In this document: positions 1 through 11,319 of the stretch, one piece after another
Layout: each line of letters opens with the position of its first letter
Numbering within the stretch: the first letter of the stretch is position 1
Assembly (NCBI GenBank): GCA_963802945.1
Contig: CAWDKY010000065.1
Coordinates: 1-30,636, forward strand
Origin: an uncultured delta proteobacterium
GTDB taxonomy: Bacteria > Desulfobacterota > RBG-13-43-22
Direction: 5' to 3'
DNA length: 30,636 nucleotides
The notes under the pieces: generated by a model
The model's database searches: none
The model's input: only the letters and a program-made list of their open reading frames with translations
Told to the model about the DNA's origin: nothing
Translations under genes and position numbers: made by a program

Positions 1-16
1 CCTGAGGAGCGATAGA

Positions 17-1123
17 TTGGCTCACCCTTTAAAAGTGAAGACCTATCATATTCAAGCGGCAGTCCTTCGGACCGGGAGCCCGCTGAAGATCGAGTCCCTC
101 GAACTGGAAGGCCCCAGAGACGATGAGATCCTGGTACGCATCGTCGCCAGCGGCATCTGCCATACCGATATAGGCTTTGTAGATGGGTGGAATGGGACTG
201 CTAACCCTGTGGTGCTAGGTCACGAGGGTGCGGGCGTGGTCGAGCAGATAGGCAAACACGTTAAGGGTGTCAAGCGCGGCGATCACGTTGTGCTCTCATA
301 CCAGTCCTGCGGCCATTGTCGAGAGTGCCGGAGAGGACGCCCCTTTGATTGCCAGTACTTCTGGGAGGCGAACTTCGGCTTCCGGCGCCTGGACGGCAAT
401 AATGCCTTGCACCGCAGCGGTGTAGGCGGGCACTTTTTTGGTCAGTCCTCCTTCGCTACCCACGCCTTGGCTACCGAAGGCAACATCGTCAAGGTTCCCA
501 AAGCCCTGCCTCTGGAGTTGCTCGCTCCCATGGGTTGCGGCCTGCAAACTGGAGCAGGCACGGTAATCAATTCGCTGAAAGTCCGGAAGGGTTAAAGCAT
601 CGCCATTTTCGGTACGGGAGCCGTTGGCCTGGCTGCGGTCATGGCGGCACGAGTCGTCGGCGCTGACCCGATCATAGGCGTCGACCTTAAACCTAAACGG
701 CTCAAGCTCGCTATGGAGTTGGGCGCTACCCACATAATCGATAATCGCCGTCATGACATCGCCTCCCACATCACCCGCATAACAGGAAGCGGAGTTGATT
801 ACGTGCTGGATACCACCGGCGATCAGGAGATGTGTGAAATCGCCGTTGGGACCTTGAATAGGAAGGGCATTTTAGCACTGCTGGCGGGAAATGGAAGTGC
901 CGGCTCTCTGCCGGAAGGACGGAAGGCCATCAGCGTCATACAGGGTGATGCTGTGCCGCAGCGCTTTATCCCCAAGTTGATCAGACTGTATCAGACAGGG
1001 CGATTTCCTTTTGACCGCCTCCTGAAGTTTTATGACTTCAAGGAAATCAACAAGGCCATGGCCGATTCCAAAAAAGGCAACACAATCAAGCCTGTGCTGC
1101 GAATCGGCTCAATCTCGAATTAA
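17..1123 (+). CDS. Zn-dependent NAD(P) alcohol dehydrogenase (aryl/benzyl alcohol dehydrogenase-like), split by one frameshift near 590
   Basis: GICHTD and GHEGAG catalytic Zn motifs; structural Zn CGHCRECRRGRPFDC; Rossmann GTGAVG continues in the next frame; C-terminal QGDAVPQRFIPKL...GRFPFDRL. Confidence 0.9.
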
Positions 1124-1223
1124 GGAGAATCTTGTTAGGCCATATCTTGAAAAATTAGTTTTATGTTTGAGATATTCCCCTAAAATATTTTCTTAAATTG
1201 TGGCTGACAAAGGAGTTACGATC

Positions 1224-2694
1224 ATGACTGATGAAAAACGACATCGACAAATCCTTCAAAACATTGCCCATCGGGTAATGCTCGAACGGGGGCTGCTGCC
1301 TGATTTCTCCCCCGAGGTATTGGCTGAGTTAAATCAGATCCAATCGCCGGCAACGGCAGACACCAAAACGATCCGGGACCTTAGGACCCTACTTTGGTGC
1401 TCCATCGATAATGATGAATCCCGGGATCTTGACCAACTGACTGTGGCCGAGGAAATGCCCGGAGGCATCGTTAAAATATTGGTTGCCGTGGCTGATGTCG
1501 ATGCCTTGGTCAAAAAGGGCACGGCCATCAATGACCATGCTCAGCATAACACGACTTCAGTCTACACGGCGGCCACGATATTCCCCATGCTTCCGGAGAG
1601 ATTATCCACCGACCTCACCTCTCTCAACTTTCAGGAGGATCGCCTGGCCATTGTCATCGAAATGCTCATCAAGGAAGACGGATCGCTTCAGGGCTCGGAT
1701 GTTTATCGGGCCGTGGTCCGCAACCAGGCCAAACTCGCTTACAACAGCGTCGCCGCCTGGCTTGAGAACACCGGTCCCCAGGCCTGAAAGGATTGCAGCG
1801 GTCGATGGGCTTGATCAAAACCTCCGCTTGCAGGACAAAGTGGCCCAGAGCTTGAAGGCCTTCCGGCATTTGCATGGGGCCCTGAATTTTCAGACGATTG
1901 AAACGAGCCCCATATTTGACGGCGATATGATTCAGGATCTGGCGGTAACCGAAAAAAACCGTGCCCGGGATCTTATCGAGGACTTCATGGTGGCCGCCAA
2001 CGGTGTGACCGCCCGGTATCTCTTCGGGAAAAAGCTTCCCTCCCTGCGCCGGGTGGTCCGCACACCCAAGCGCTGGGACAGGATCGTGGAGATAGCCCAA
2101 GAGCATGGTGTCACCCTTCCTGTTGAGCCGGATTCCAAAGCCCTCGAAGGGTTTCTGATGAAGGCCAAAGCCGACGATCCGGATCGTTTCCCTGATCTCT
2201 CGCTCAGTATTATTAAACTCCTGGGACCGGGTGAATACGTTGCCGAGCTGCCGGATGAGACCGCACCGGGTCATTTCGGTTTGGCTGTCCGAGATTATGC
2301 CCATTCCACGGCCCCCAACCGCCGCTATCCTGATTTGATCACCGGGCGTCTGATTAAGGCGGCCATCGCCGGAGGGGGATTGCCATACAGCAATGACGAA
2401 TTGGAGGAACTGGCCAGGCACTGCACCGAGGAAGAGGATGCCGCCAAAAAAGTTGAGCGACAGGTCGAGAAATCGGCTGCGGCCCTTCTCCTTGAATCGA
2501 GGATCGGCCAACAATTTGATGCCATTATCACCGGTGCCGCCCCCAAAGGCACCTGGGTCCGCCTCTTCCATCCGCCGGTTGAAGGAAAACTGGTCCAGGG
2601 ATTCGAAGGTCTGGATGTCGGTCACCGGCTCCGGGTCCAGTTGATCTCTACGGATGTTGATCGGGGTTTTATCGACTTCAAGAGGGTCGGCTGA
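1224..2694 (+). CDS. RNB-domain ribonuclease (RNase II/R family), frameshift near 1780
   Basis: SIDNDESRDLDQL catalytic motif; LIEDFMVAAN; HFGLAVRDYAHSTAPNRRYPDL; C-terminal S1-like region; AAGGAG RBS before ATG 1224. Confidence 0.9.
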
Positions 2695-2921
2695 AAGCTT
2701 AGTTTTGCGCTATTAACAGGATGCAGAAAAACTATTTTTTCACAAATTAGAGTGGAAAGATAATCACGAGAAAACAGAGACAAACTGTCCCTAATTTTCA
2801 AGTCTCTTTTGGAAAAAGAAATTGATTTGACTTTAACTGGCCACCCAGATTATTTTTACACCACTATATCCATTTAACTGTTGTGAGAAAAAACTAAAAA
2901 TTATTTTTAAGGAGTTAATCT

Positions 2922-3722
2922 ATGAGCAAACGATTAGAGAATAAAGTGGCGGTTATTACCGGAGGAACCAGCGGTATCGGCGAAGCCACCGCCGAGGTAT
3001 TTGCGGCTGAAGGGGCCAAGGTCATCATTGCCGGCCGGTCGGAAGAAAAAGGGACTCAGCTTGCAAAACGATTGGGTTCAAACGTGGTTTATCATCGTAC
3101 CGACATTACCAATGATCAGGAAATTAAAGCCTTGGTCGATGCTGCCGTCACCCGTTTCGGGCGGCTGGACTGCCTATTCAATAATGCCGGCGGGCCCACC
3201 CCGGGGACCCTGGAGACCGTGACCAAAGAAGATTTAATTTACAGCATAAACTTACTACTGGGCGGTCCTATATTCGGGATCAAATACGCCGCGCCGGTGA
3301 TGAAGGCCCAGAAATCAGGGTGTATTATCAACACCTCCAGCATTGCGGCCCTAAGAACCAATCAAGGCCAATACTTGTACAGCATGATCAAAGCGGCTGT
3401 GACTCAACTGACCAAGTTGGCTGGCGTGGAACTTGGTCCATTCGGTATCCGTGTTAATTGTATCTCGCCCGGGGCTATCGCCACCCCGATTTTTTGGGGA
3501 GGCTCCCAGATAGCCAATACCCTCGATCCGGCGGCCAACGCCCGTAAAATGGAAAAACTGAAAACAAATCTGGCCAAGGCCACACCCTTACCCAGGTCAG
3601 GTCTGGCCAAAGACATCGCCTTCGCCGCCCTTTTCCTGGCCAGTGACGAGGGCAGTTTTGTTAATTGCCACGACCTGGTAGTGGACGGCGGCCGGACCTC
3701 CCTGTTTCGTGAAGGGGCATAG
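2922..3722 (+). CDS. Short-chain dehydrogenase/reductase
   Basis: TGGTSGIG, NNAG, YSMIK catalytic motif, IRVNCISPG; AAGGAG RBS. Confidence 0.95.
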   Translation: MSKRLENKVAVITGGTSGIGEATAEVFAAEGAKVIIAGRSEEKGTQLAKRLGSNVVYHRTDITNDQEIKALVDAAVTRFGRLDCLFNNAGGPTPGTLETVTKEDLIYSINLLLGGPIFGIKYAAPVMKAQKSGCIINTSSIAALRTNQGQYLYSMIKAAVTQLTKLAGVELGPFGIRVNCISPGAIATPIFWGGSQIANTLDPAANARKMEKLKTNLAKATPLPRSGLAKDIAFAALFLASDEGSFVNCHDLVVDGGRTSLFREGA

Positions 3723-3752
3723 AACGCCTGAAAGAGCCTCCTCCAGTTTCAC

Positions 3753-3791
3753 AAAAAAGCCCGTTTTCAACCTTGATTGAAAACGGGCTTT
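3753..3791 (-). terminator. Copy of the rrn intrinsic terminator (A/T tracts on both sides)
   Basis: aaaaaagcccgttttcaaccttgattgaaaacgggcttt, identical to 16581-16619. Confidence 0.85.
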
Positions 3792-3798
3792 AAAATAA

Positions 3799-3930
3799 AT
3801 CCCCGCCAGCGTCCTCTTCTCCCATCCCGTTCCAGCGGGACTGCCCAGGCAGTACCATCGGCGCTGAAGGGCTTATTTTCCATGTTCGAGATGGGAACAG
3901 GTATGGTCCCTTGGTCATAGCCACAGGGAA
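3799..3930 (-). pseudogene. Degenerate 5S rRNA copy 1 with 16-nt hairpin insertion
   Basis: Colinear with the 5S at 16627-16746 (ctgcccaggcagtaccatcggcgc, gttcgagatgggaac) with many substitutions and tcccgttccagcggga at 3825-3840. Confidence 0.85.
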
Positions 3931-4082
3931 AGGATAATCTCCTTAACTTGGCAAAAAAGACCTCATTTATTTGAGAAAAATTCTATTCCCGGACAAATTA
4001 AAATAAGGAATATGTTGTTCCTATTTCCCATTAGTTCCTAAATTTGATCCCATCGATATCGGAAATTTCTAAAATTTTTTAC

Positions 4083-4110
4083 TTGACATATTATATAAAA
4101 AAGATACTAT
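4083..4110 (+). promoter_or_regulatory. Sigma70-type promoter of the HxlR operon
   Basis: TTGACA-N16-TACTAT; the palindrome aagata-c-tatctt overlaps the -10. Confidence 0.55.
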
Positions 4111-4143
4111 CTTAATTATACTAAATATTGGAAGGCGAATTCT

Positions 4144-4887
4144 ATGGCTCAAACCTATGGGCATTTTTGTCCGGTGGCACGGACCTTGGAAAAAATCGGT
4201 GACAAATGGTCTTTGCTCATCATTCGCGATCTCTTACCAGGACCGCAGCGATTCACCGATCTCCTCGGCTATTTAAATAATATCACTCCCAAATGGCTCA
4301 CCCAGCGCCTTCGGGAACTGGAATCGGCCGGGATAGTTGAGCGGGACAGCCAGCCCGGACGCCGCCAGGTCTGGTACCGACTGACCTCTGCGGGACAGGA
4401 GCTGAGCCCCATTGTGGAGGCCCTGGCCAACTGGGGGTTTCGTTATGCTATGCGTCCACCTGTCCCGGGCGAAGTCGTTAATCCGGACCTCCTGATGAGG
4501 GGGCTTACTTCATCGCTCAACAAAAGTGGCAAATGCTTAATTCGGCCGGCCAAGTGGTTGATGCAGTTTCCCCAAAGACCTTACACCCTATCTTTCGGCC
4601 AAGGCGGCTGGTCGTTTGAGAGATCAGATAATTCCAGGGCCGACTTGAAAATAACCACGACACCAGAAATCTGGGCCAGCGTCTTTACGGTGCCGCGGAC
4701 GGATCGAAGGCGACTGGCCAGGGATATTCAGCTTGAAGGCACTCCGAAAAGGATCGAAGAATTTCGGCAGACCTTTGGCCTTCAAGGTTCAAAAGAAAGG
4801 CCGTTCCCAGCAGCTATGGATAAGGTCAATCAACCAAGAAAAACAAAGCCTATTAAAGGAGGAAAAAATGGACTTAAAACAAGTTAA
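4144..4887 (+). CDS. HxlR-family winged-helix regulator with C-terminal SCP2-like extension
   Basis: YGHFCPVARTLEKIGDKWSLLIIRDLL, RFTDL, LTQRLRELE, YRLT; C-terminal ADLKITTT...IQLEG. Confidence 0.85.
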   Translation: MAQTYGHFCPVARTLEKIGDKWSLLIIRDLLPGPQRFTDLLGYLNNITPKWLTQRLRELESAGIVERDSQPGRRQVWYRLTSAGQELSPIVEALANWGFRYAMRPPVPGEVVNPDLLMRGLTSSLNKSGKCLIRPAKWLMQFPQRPYTLSFGQGGWSFERSDNSRADLKITTTPEIWASVFTVPRTDRRRLARDIQLEGTPKRIEEFRQTFGLQGSKERPFPAAMDKVNQPRKTKPIKGGKNGLKTS

Positions 4888-5575
4888 CGAAACCTTGAAT
4901 AAGTATATAAGGCCCCAAACCTTTCCAGTGGCTATCAAACTTTACGGTCCCCAAGAAGCCCTGCCGGCAAAAGTCAGGAGGCCTGTCAAGGATCTGGGTT
5001 ATCCCATTACCCTTTGTCAGGCCGTGGCCCTCTCAAGGCGTTACGGATGGGCTATGGCCGTCGGGAAAGAGGATCAGTGCTGTATCGGCGGTCAGGCCAC
5101 TATGGGCTTTATGGATAATCCTCCCCAGGCAGGTCCGACGGAGACTGAGAAAAGGCATGAACCAGGCCTATACCGTTACATGGTTTCCGCTCCCATTGAT
5201 CGGGCTGATTTTGAACCTGATTTGATTTGCATTTATGTGAACTCCGCCCAGGCCATGCGTCTGGCTCAAGCAGCCAATAACGGCGGAGGTGGCATTGCTC
5301 CGACTGCGGCAACCGGTCTGGGAGATTGCGGGGACATCATGGCGGGCACTGTCAAAAAAGACTTGTGCCAATTTATTCTCCCCTCGGGCGGAGACCGAGT
5401 CTTCGGTTCCACGCAGGACCATGAGGTGATATTCACTATTCCTAAAAGCAAATTCGATTTGATGATGAAGGCTCTCGGGGATACCCACATGGCGGGTTTC
5501 CGCTATCCCGTGCTGACCGATGTACGGCATCGGCCGAATTTACCGCCTTTCCTCGAAATCCCCCAAAACGCTTAA
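4868..5575 (+). CDS. DUF169 family protein
   Basis: TFPVAIKL, ITLCQAVALSRRYGW, PDLICIYVNSAQAMRL, GGDRVFG; AGGAGG RBS before ATG 4868. Confidence 0.8.
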   Translation: MDLKQVNETLNKYIRPQTFPVAIKLYGPQEALPAKVRRPVKDLGYPITLCQAVALSRRYGWAMAVGKEDQCCIGGQATMGFMDNPPQAGPTETEKRHEPGLYRYMVSAPIDRADFEPDLICIYVNSAQAMRLAQAANNGGGGIAPTAATGLGDCGDIMAGTVKKDLCQFILPSGGDRVFGSTQDHEVIFTIPKSKFDLMMKALGDTHMAGFRYPVLTDVRHRPNLPPFLEIPQNA

Positions 5576-5596
5576 CTATTGAAGGGAGAAGACATT

Positions 5597-7816
5597 ATGC
5601 CGTGGAAGAAAACAGCTTGTGTATTGTGTGGTAACCGTTGCGGACTGGAAGTACAGGTGGAAAACAATCGTATAATTAAAGTCCGCGGAGATAAGGACAG
5701 CCCGATAAGCGAAGGATATATATGCAGAAAAGGGATGAACATTGCTTACCATCAACACAACAAAGACAGGGTGCTCTTTCCCATCAAGAAGATAGGAGAT
5801 AGTTTTCAGCGGGTCTCTTGGGACCAGGCCATCAGCGAGATTTCTGAAAAACTAAAGAGTATCCTCGATCAGCATGGACCCCGCGCTTTAGCTTCGCTGG
5901 TCGGCGGCGGCGAGTTTAGTTTTCTGAGCATGCCTTTCCCTATTCGCCTGGTACGAAGACTCGGTTCACGGTTTAACTATTCCGCTGCGAACCAAGAGTT
6001 TGCCGGCAGGTATTGGGCACACGGCCTGACATTGGGAAGTCAAGGTATCCAGATGGAATCTGATTTTGAGAATTGCGACCTGGTGATGCTTGTCGGGAAG
6101 AATCCCATGATGAGCCATAATTTTCCCCAGGCGCGGCGAAGATTGACGAAGATGTCCAAAGACCCTGATCGGCTTCTGGTAGTAGTGGACCCACGGGTTT
6201 CTGAAACTGCCAAAATTGCCGATATTCATCTGGCCATCCGCCCCGGCACAGATGCCCTCCTGATCAAGTCTATGATTTCTATCATTCTCAATGAAGGTAT
6301 TTATAATAAGGAATATATTGCCAAACATACAGACGGGTTCAATGAGATCTTGCCCTGGTTTTCAGGCTTTGACGTAAAGGCCGCGCTAAAGGTCTGTGAG
6401 CTTGATTATAATCTGGTTGTCAAGGTCTGCCGGGAATTGGCCACTCGTCGCTCAAGTATTCTTGATGACCTTGGAATACTAATGAACAGACACAGTGCGC
6501 TGGTATCCTATCTGCTGGTCATGCTGCTGTCCATTTGTGGACGTATCGGTGTTCCGGGCGGAAATTATTTGCTCGGAGGAGGATCCAGGTCGGACTCCAG
6601 CGATCCACGGGTATGGAGAACATTGGTGACGGACATTCCGGCCATCAATGGCATGTTCCCGCCTAATGTTTTGCCGGAAGAAATCCTGAATGATCATCCG
6701 AACCGTGTGAGGGCCGTGCTCTGCTACGCCACGAATCCATTACGTTCCTACGCCGATACGACTGCCTATGAAAATGCCTTTCAACAGCTTGATCTGCTGG
6801 TTGTGGCCGACATCGTTATGAGCGAGACAGCTGCCCTGGCCCATTATGTTCTTCCCTGTAAAACAGCTTTTGAGTCATGGGATGGAAATGCTGGTGAGGG
6901 TTTCTCAAAGGTTTATGCCCGGATGAGATCTCCGGTGGTGGAGGCGGAAGGAGAGCAGAAAGAAAATGCCGAAATATTCACACTGCTGGCCGACGCTATG
7001 GGGCTGGTCCCCCAAATTCCTGAATCGCTCTATGATGCAGCCAGAAGTGGCAACCTCAACGAATACCGACAGAAATTAGTGGACTATATGGCGGCTTCTC
7101 CGGAAAGTACAAGCGCTCTGCAGTTTATCGTAGCAAAAACGCTGGGCAGTGCAATGGGCTCGGCTCATCTGGCCAGTATCTTCCCCTTATTTATGCAACT
7201 ATCCAAAACACGACAGGAAGAGGCTGCAAGGGCAGGTTTTCCACTGGGACCGGACCAGGGCCTATCCATGTATCAGACCATAATGAGCCATCCTGAAGGA
7301 ATATTGATCGGAATACGCGATCCAGAGAAGAACAAGGAGGCCATATCGACCAAGAACAAGAAAATTCAACTTTATAATTCGGAAGTTGATGATTGGATAA
7401 AGAAAATAAATCCTGTTGATGAAGAAGAACAGCTCAAGACTGACAAGAATTTCCCCCTGATTTTGATGGCCGGAAGGCATATGGACATGAACGCCAATAC
7501 GGGTATGAGAGACCCTGCCTGGAACAAAGGCAGAAGAGCCTGCACCCTGGCCATAAATCCCTTAGATGCAGAAGGACTGGGCATCATTGATAAACAGATG
7601 GTAAGGGTTATCACGGAAGCAGGGGAGGAAAAAATAGAGGTCGAAGTAACCACAGATGCCAGAAAGGGCCAGGTCATCATTCCGCACGGCTTCGGTCTGG
7701 TCTACGATGGCGTTAAATATGGCGCTAACGTCAACAGATTAACAAAAAACACAAACCGAGACTTTGTCGGAACCCCTATGCACCGTTATGTTCCCTGCCG
7801 GGTGGAAGCAGCTTAA
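5597..7816 (+). CDS. Molybdopterin (bis-MGD) oxidoreductase with N-terminal 4Fe-4S cluster, no Tat signal
   Basis: CVLCGNRCG...ICRKG; VVVDPRVSETAKIAD; IRPGTD; SETAALAHYVLP; C-terminal INPLDA/PHGFG. Confidence 0.92.
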   Translation: MPWKKTACVLCGNRCGLEVQVENNRIIKVRGDKDSPISEGYICRKGMNIAYHQHNKDRVLFPIKKIGDSFQRVSWDQAISEISEKLKSILDQHGPRALASLVGGGEFSFLSMPFPIRLVRRLGSRFNYSAANQEFAGRYWAHGLTLGSQGIQMESDFENCDLVMLVGKNPMMSHNFPQARRRLTKMSKDPDRLLVVVDPRVSETAKIADIHLAIRPGTDALLIKSMISIILNEGIYNKEYIAKHTDGFNEILPWFSGFDVKAALKVCELDYNLVVKVCRELATRRSSILDDLGILMNRHSALVSYLLVMLLSICGRIGVPGGNYLLGGGSRSDSSDPRVWRTLVTDIPAINGMFPPNVLPEEILNDHPNRVRAVLCYATNPLRSYADTTAYENAFQQLDLLVVADIVMSETAALAHYVLPCKTAFESWDGNAGEGFSKVYARMRSPVVEAEGEQKENAEIFTLLADAMGLVPQIPESLYDAARSGNLNEYRQKLVDYMAASPESTSALQFIVAKTLGSAMGSAHLASIFPLFMQLSKTRQEEAARAGFPLGPDQGLSMYQTIMSHPEGILIGIRDPEKNKEAISTKNKKIQLYNSEVDDWIKKINPVDEEEQLKTDKNFPLILMAGRHMDMNANTGMRDPAWNKGRRACTLAINPLDAEGLGIIDKQMVRVITEAGEEKIEVEVTTDARKGQVIIPHGFGLVYDGVKYGANVNRLTKNTNRDFVGTPMHRYVPCRVEAA

Positions 7817-7953
7817 TGAATCTTCGGAATTATTCCTTTGAAGAATTTTTGGAACGGGCAAAGGAGTTTCACGGCTATACGACACCGGGCATAATCATTG
7901 GAGGTTTTATGGTCGACCTTGCCTATCGTCATTTGTCGGAAAAAGGACTTTAA
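7816..7953 (+). pseudogene. N-terminal 45-aa fragment of an FmdE-family protein, truncated at 5S-like copy 2
   Basis: TAATG coupling to the upstream gene; my translation MNLRNYSFEEFLERAKEFHGYTTPGIIIGGFMVDLAYRHLSEKGL* has the FHG..PG..IG motif; stop falls at the repeat junction. Confidence 0.75.
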
Positions 7954-7956
7954 AAA

Positions 7957-8079
7957 TTCCCCTGTGGTGTCCTCATCTCCCATCCCGCCGAGGCGGGACT
8001 GCCCCATCAGCGCAGAAAGGCTTAACTTCCTTGTTCGAGATGGGAACGGGTGTGGCCCCTTCGCCATGGCCACGGGGAA
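7957..8079 (-). pseudogene. Degenerate 5S rRNA copy 2 (hairpin insertion plus ~9-nt deletion; terminator lost)
   Basis: cgcagaaaggcttaacttcc...gatgggaacgggtgtggccccttcgccat matches the 5S; tcccgccgaggcggga at 7983-7998. Confidence 0.88.
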
Positions 8080-8148
8080 AGGATAAGATCCTAAGTTCGG
8101 TAGAGAAAGCCCTTGTTGATTTGATTAAGAAATTATTTCAGGGCAAAA

Positions 8149-8292
8149 TCAAAATATGGATGTCCCCAGAATTATGAATTTTCGGATATCGGCCATCAAA
8201 TCGGCTCGCATTTGCAAAATCGCGGCTTCGTTCTTTGAATATCCCAAATCAATAAATACATTGCCCGATGACGCTACAAATGATTTTCTCAT
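8149..8292 (-). pseudogene. N-terminal fragment of an XRE/HigA-type antitoxin, truncated before the HTH
   Basis: My translation MRKSFVASSGNVFIDLGYSKNEAAILQMRADLMADIRKFI|ILGTSIF*; SSGNVFxDLG is typical of this family; GGAG RBS. Confidence 0.7.
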
Positions 8293-8384
8293 AAATCACT
8301 CTCCACTTCGGGCTTTTGTTATATAAGTTTTTATATATTTAGCAAGACAAATTATTTTGCACTAAAAATCCATAGGCTTCAAGG

Positions 8385-10956
8385 CTACGGGTTGAACTGT
8401 AAGACATCCTTGTACTGGGCATTGATTGCCGCATCCTTGAAGGGGAAGGAAATATATTTTCCGTCACGCCACGCCTTGATTCCGTCGTCATAGTGAGGGC
8501 TCGAAGGATTGTCCGACTGGCCGGAACTGTTCACCGCCAGCATCGGCTCTTCCTGACTGAAATCAACAATCATACGCATGGAAGGAATCACCCACGTGTT
8601 GAAATCCTTGCCCATCATATACATTGACACATTCAGCGTGAAGATATCTCCCGGCGCGGGATACGGGCCGCGGTTGAAGTACGACCACAAACTTTTCAGC
8701 GCCGTGCGCTCGATAAAACCAAGATGCGGCGCCATTTGAGAAGTATCGGTTTCCCAAGTGTAGGTATGCAGAGCCCCCCAACTCCATTTGCCTGCGTCAT
8801 TGCCCAAAGTTGATTCCAGAAATGCTATGGCATCCGCCAGCGAGCGCGCGATGATTTGCGCCTTGGTTTCTTTTTCCGGCGTGTTTATGTCGTCCCAGAA
8901 CGGGCTCTCGTCGCCGCGGACAAGAAGATGATCGCAGGTGGCGTTGTAACTTTCGTTGTTGACGACCAGAAACGATTTCCATGCCTTGGAATCAACCGGA
9001 CCCAACTCATCAAGAAAAATATTTTTCGTCGCGCAGTGTAAGAACGCTCCCGTAAGCGCCGCCCCTTTCGAATCGGCCTTCATATCGCCATCGAAATCTT
9101 TGAACATCGCCAGAGCGCAAGGCGCGCCCGTGCCGCCTTCTTTTCATCTTTCCAACTGTTGATTTCTTTCATAATATCCGCGGCCAGCATTCCTTTCAGG
9201 ATTACCTCTTTGAGCTTCGGCACAAACAGGGAATAGGTATCAAGCTGCATATCCATATTGGTCTGTGTCGTGTGTTTATCCGTTGCCGATGCCATCTGGG
9301 CAATGCGCTCGGCTCTCTCCGGCCAGTACCAGGAAGAAGAAAGAATATAGGGATAATCCTTCGGTACCGTGCGGTGATTGGCTGTGCCGATGAATCCGGC
9401 GGACGGATTTTTGATATTCGGCAATACTTCCTCTTTCAAAAGTCCTGTCCAGTCGTATTCGCCTGTCCAACCCGGCGACGGCATAAGCCCGCGGCCTTTG
9501 GCCCGGACCGGATAATTGCCGATTACCTGCCAGGCGATGTTATCCTTATCCGCAAATACCATGTTCAGCGGTATTGATCTGATCCGTTTGATAATCGGAA
9601 TCGCTTCGTCCACCGATTTGGCAAAACTTAGTTGGAAGAAAGCATTCATGCTGTCGTCATCCGCGGTGGGAACCGTTCGGCTCAAGGCCACGCCGTAAGG
9701 AAGATCAATGGATTTTGGCTGAATGAGATGAATCGGCTCTTTTTTCAGCGCTTCGTTCATCAGCGGCCCGTGCACGGTATCATAAAAAGTCAGGGTAACG
9801 GGCGATTTGCCCTTGATATTGAAAACTTCTTTGTGCTCTGTGGCGGGCAGCCACTCTCCTTTATACAAATAATGCAATTTGCCGTTCACGTTTTTGAGTT
9901 GTTCCAGAAACAAGTCCTGATTATCAGCCATGACCATGGTCATGCCCCAGGCTATATGGCCGTTATATCCGGCAACAACAATCGGGGCGCCCGCGATGAC
10001 TCATCCCGGCGACATCATAGGCGCCGCACCGGATATGCATCATGTTCCACATGGACGGCATGCTTAAAGGAAGATGCATATCGTTGCAGAAAATGCTCGC
10101 GCCGTTTTTTGTTCTTTCCTTGCTGATTGCCCAATTATTGGAAGCGGCGGTGCCGTCCAAACCAACGGAACTCAAAAGCGGCTGAAGTCCGGTTATTCCC
10201 GCCACGCTCGCGGCGGCCTTGTTCAAATCAACGCCTTTGAGCTTGGCCGCCTCATCGAACGGAATGGGCTCATCGGGATAGATGGGCAGCAGCCAGGCCG
10301 TTTTCTCCGCGCCTACGGCTTGCGCGATGTTCAAGGCGGCAACTTCTTCATGGAGATTAAAGGAAAGACCGAAGATTCACCAGGGCGAATATTTTTACGG
10401 AATCAATGGGCTGCCAGGCTTCAGGTTTGTAGCCTGCCAGCGCGAGGCCCGGCGGCAGCTTGTCTTTATGCTGGTTGAGATAAGCATTAACGCCTTTACT
10501 ATAAAATTCCAGAAGCCGGAGATTTTCAGCGTTTATATTTTTATAGAGAGTTTCCGCCGCGCCCTTGAGGTTCATGGTGCGCATGTAAATATCCAGATTA
10601 AGCACGGCCGGTCCGGCCATCTCGGAAAGACGTCCCTCGGATATCAGCTTCATGCCGATCATCTGGGCGAGCCGGTCGGAGGCGTGCACATAACCCACGG
10701 CCATGGCCATGTCTTCCATGTTCTTCGCTTCCACGAAGGGAATGCCGTAAGCGTCGCGGCGCACAGTCACCGTATCCTTGAGTCCGGCGATGGTGATATG
10801 CCGCTGAGACGCGTCAAGCTGTCCCTTGAAATGCCTGTCAATCAGCGTAGTGCAACTGCCCAGCAGCAGGCATAAAGCAACAATACCGCCAATTTTTAAA
10901 ATATTTTTTCCATAATGATGCCGCCTGAATCTAAAATGAAATTTTGAATTTTTCAT
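8385..10956 (-). CDS. Penicillin acylase / AHL-acylase family Ntn hydrolase, probable lipoprotein; ~3 frameshifts (near 10360, 10000, 9120)
   Basis: LLGSC lipobox; VRRDAYGIP; GYVHASDRL; beta-chain nucleophile SNNWAI; NDMHL; TVHGP; NMVFAD; GQSDNPSSPHYDD. Confidence 0.9.
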
Positions 10957-11319
10957 TACGCCCCCAAAATAATTTAAAAATAGGCCGAGTGAAATCAAAG
11001 AGACACAGAAAGTCGCTCCTCTTTTCATCTTACTCCCTCCTCTTAGCTTAACTATTTGATTGAGTTACTTTATTACAACATTCAGTAAAGCCCCTCCACT
11101 TATTGTCATTTAAGTAAAAAGGATATTGGATTTGGACAGTGAAGAAGTCTCTTCTTCTGGTTTGAAATCAATAACTGTGTAGATTTTGGGAATAGGAACT
11201 TGTCTATTTTTAAAAGGGGGAAAAACTGGCTGGGCAAAAATCGGGCCATCTGAGTTTTAATCATCGAACCCTTCTTTGTGCTGCAACCTACGAATTTAAA
11301 GCAAGAATATGTATCGTGA

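Noticed and set aside
296-10875. Long antisense ORFs (296-769, 1669-2625, 9632-10126, 10282-10875)
   Set aside because: They lie opposite well-supported genes and show no motifs
10957-11045. Upstream acylase start at 11028 with a strong RBS
   Set aside because: It would put a second hydrophobic segment before the lipoprotein signal; possibly a remnant of another gene, but not resolvable from sequence
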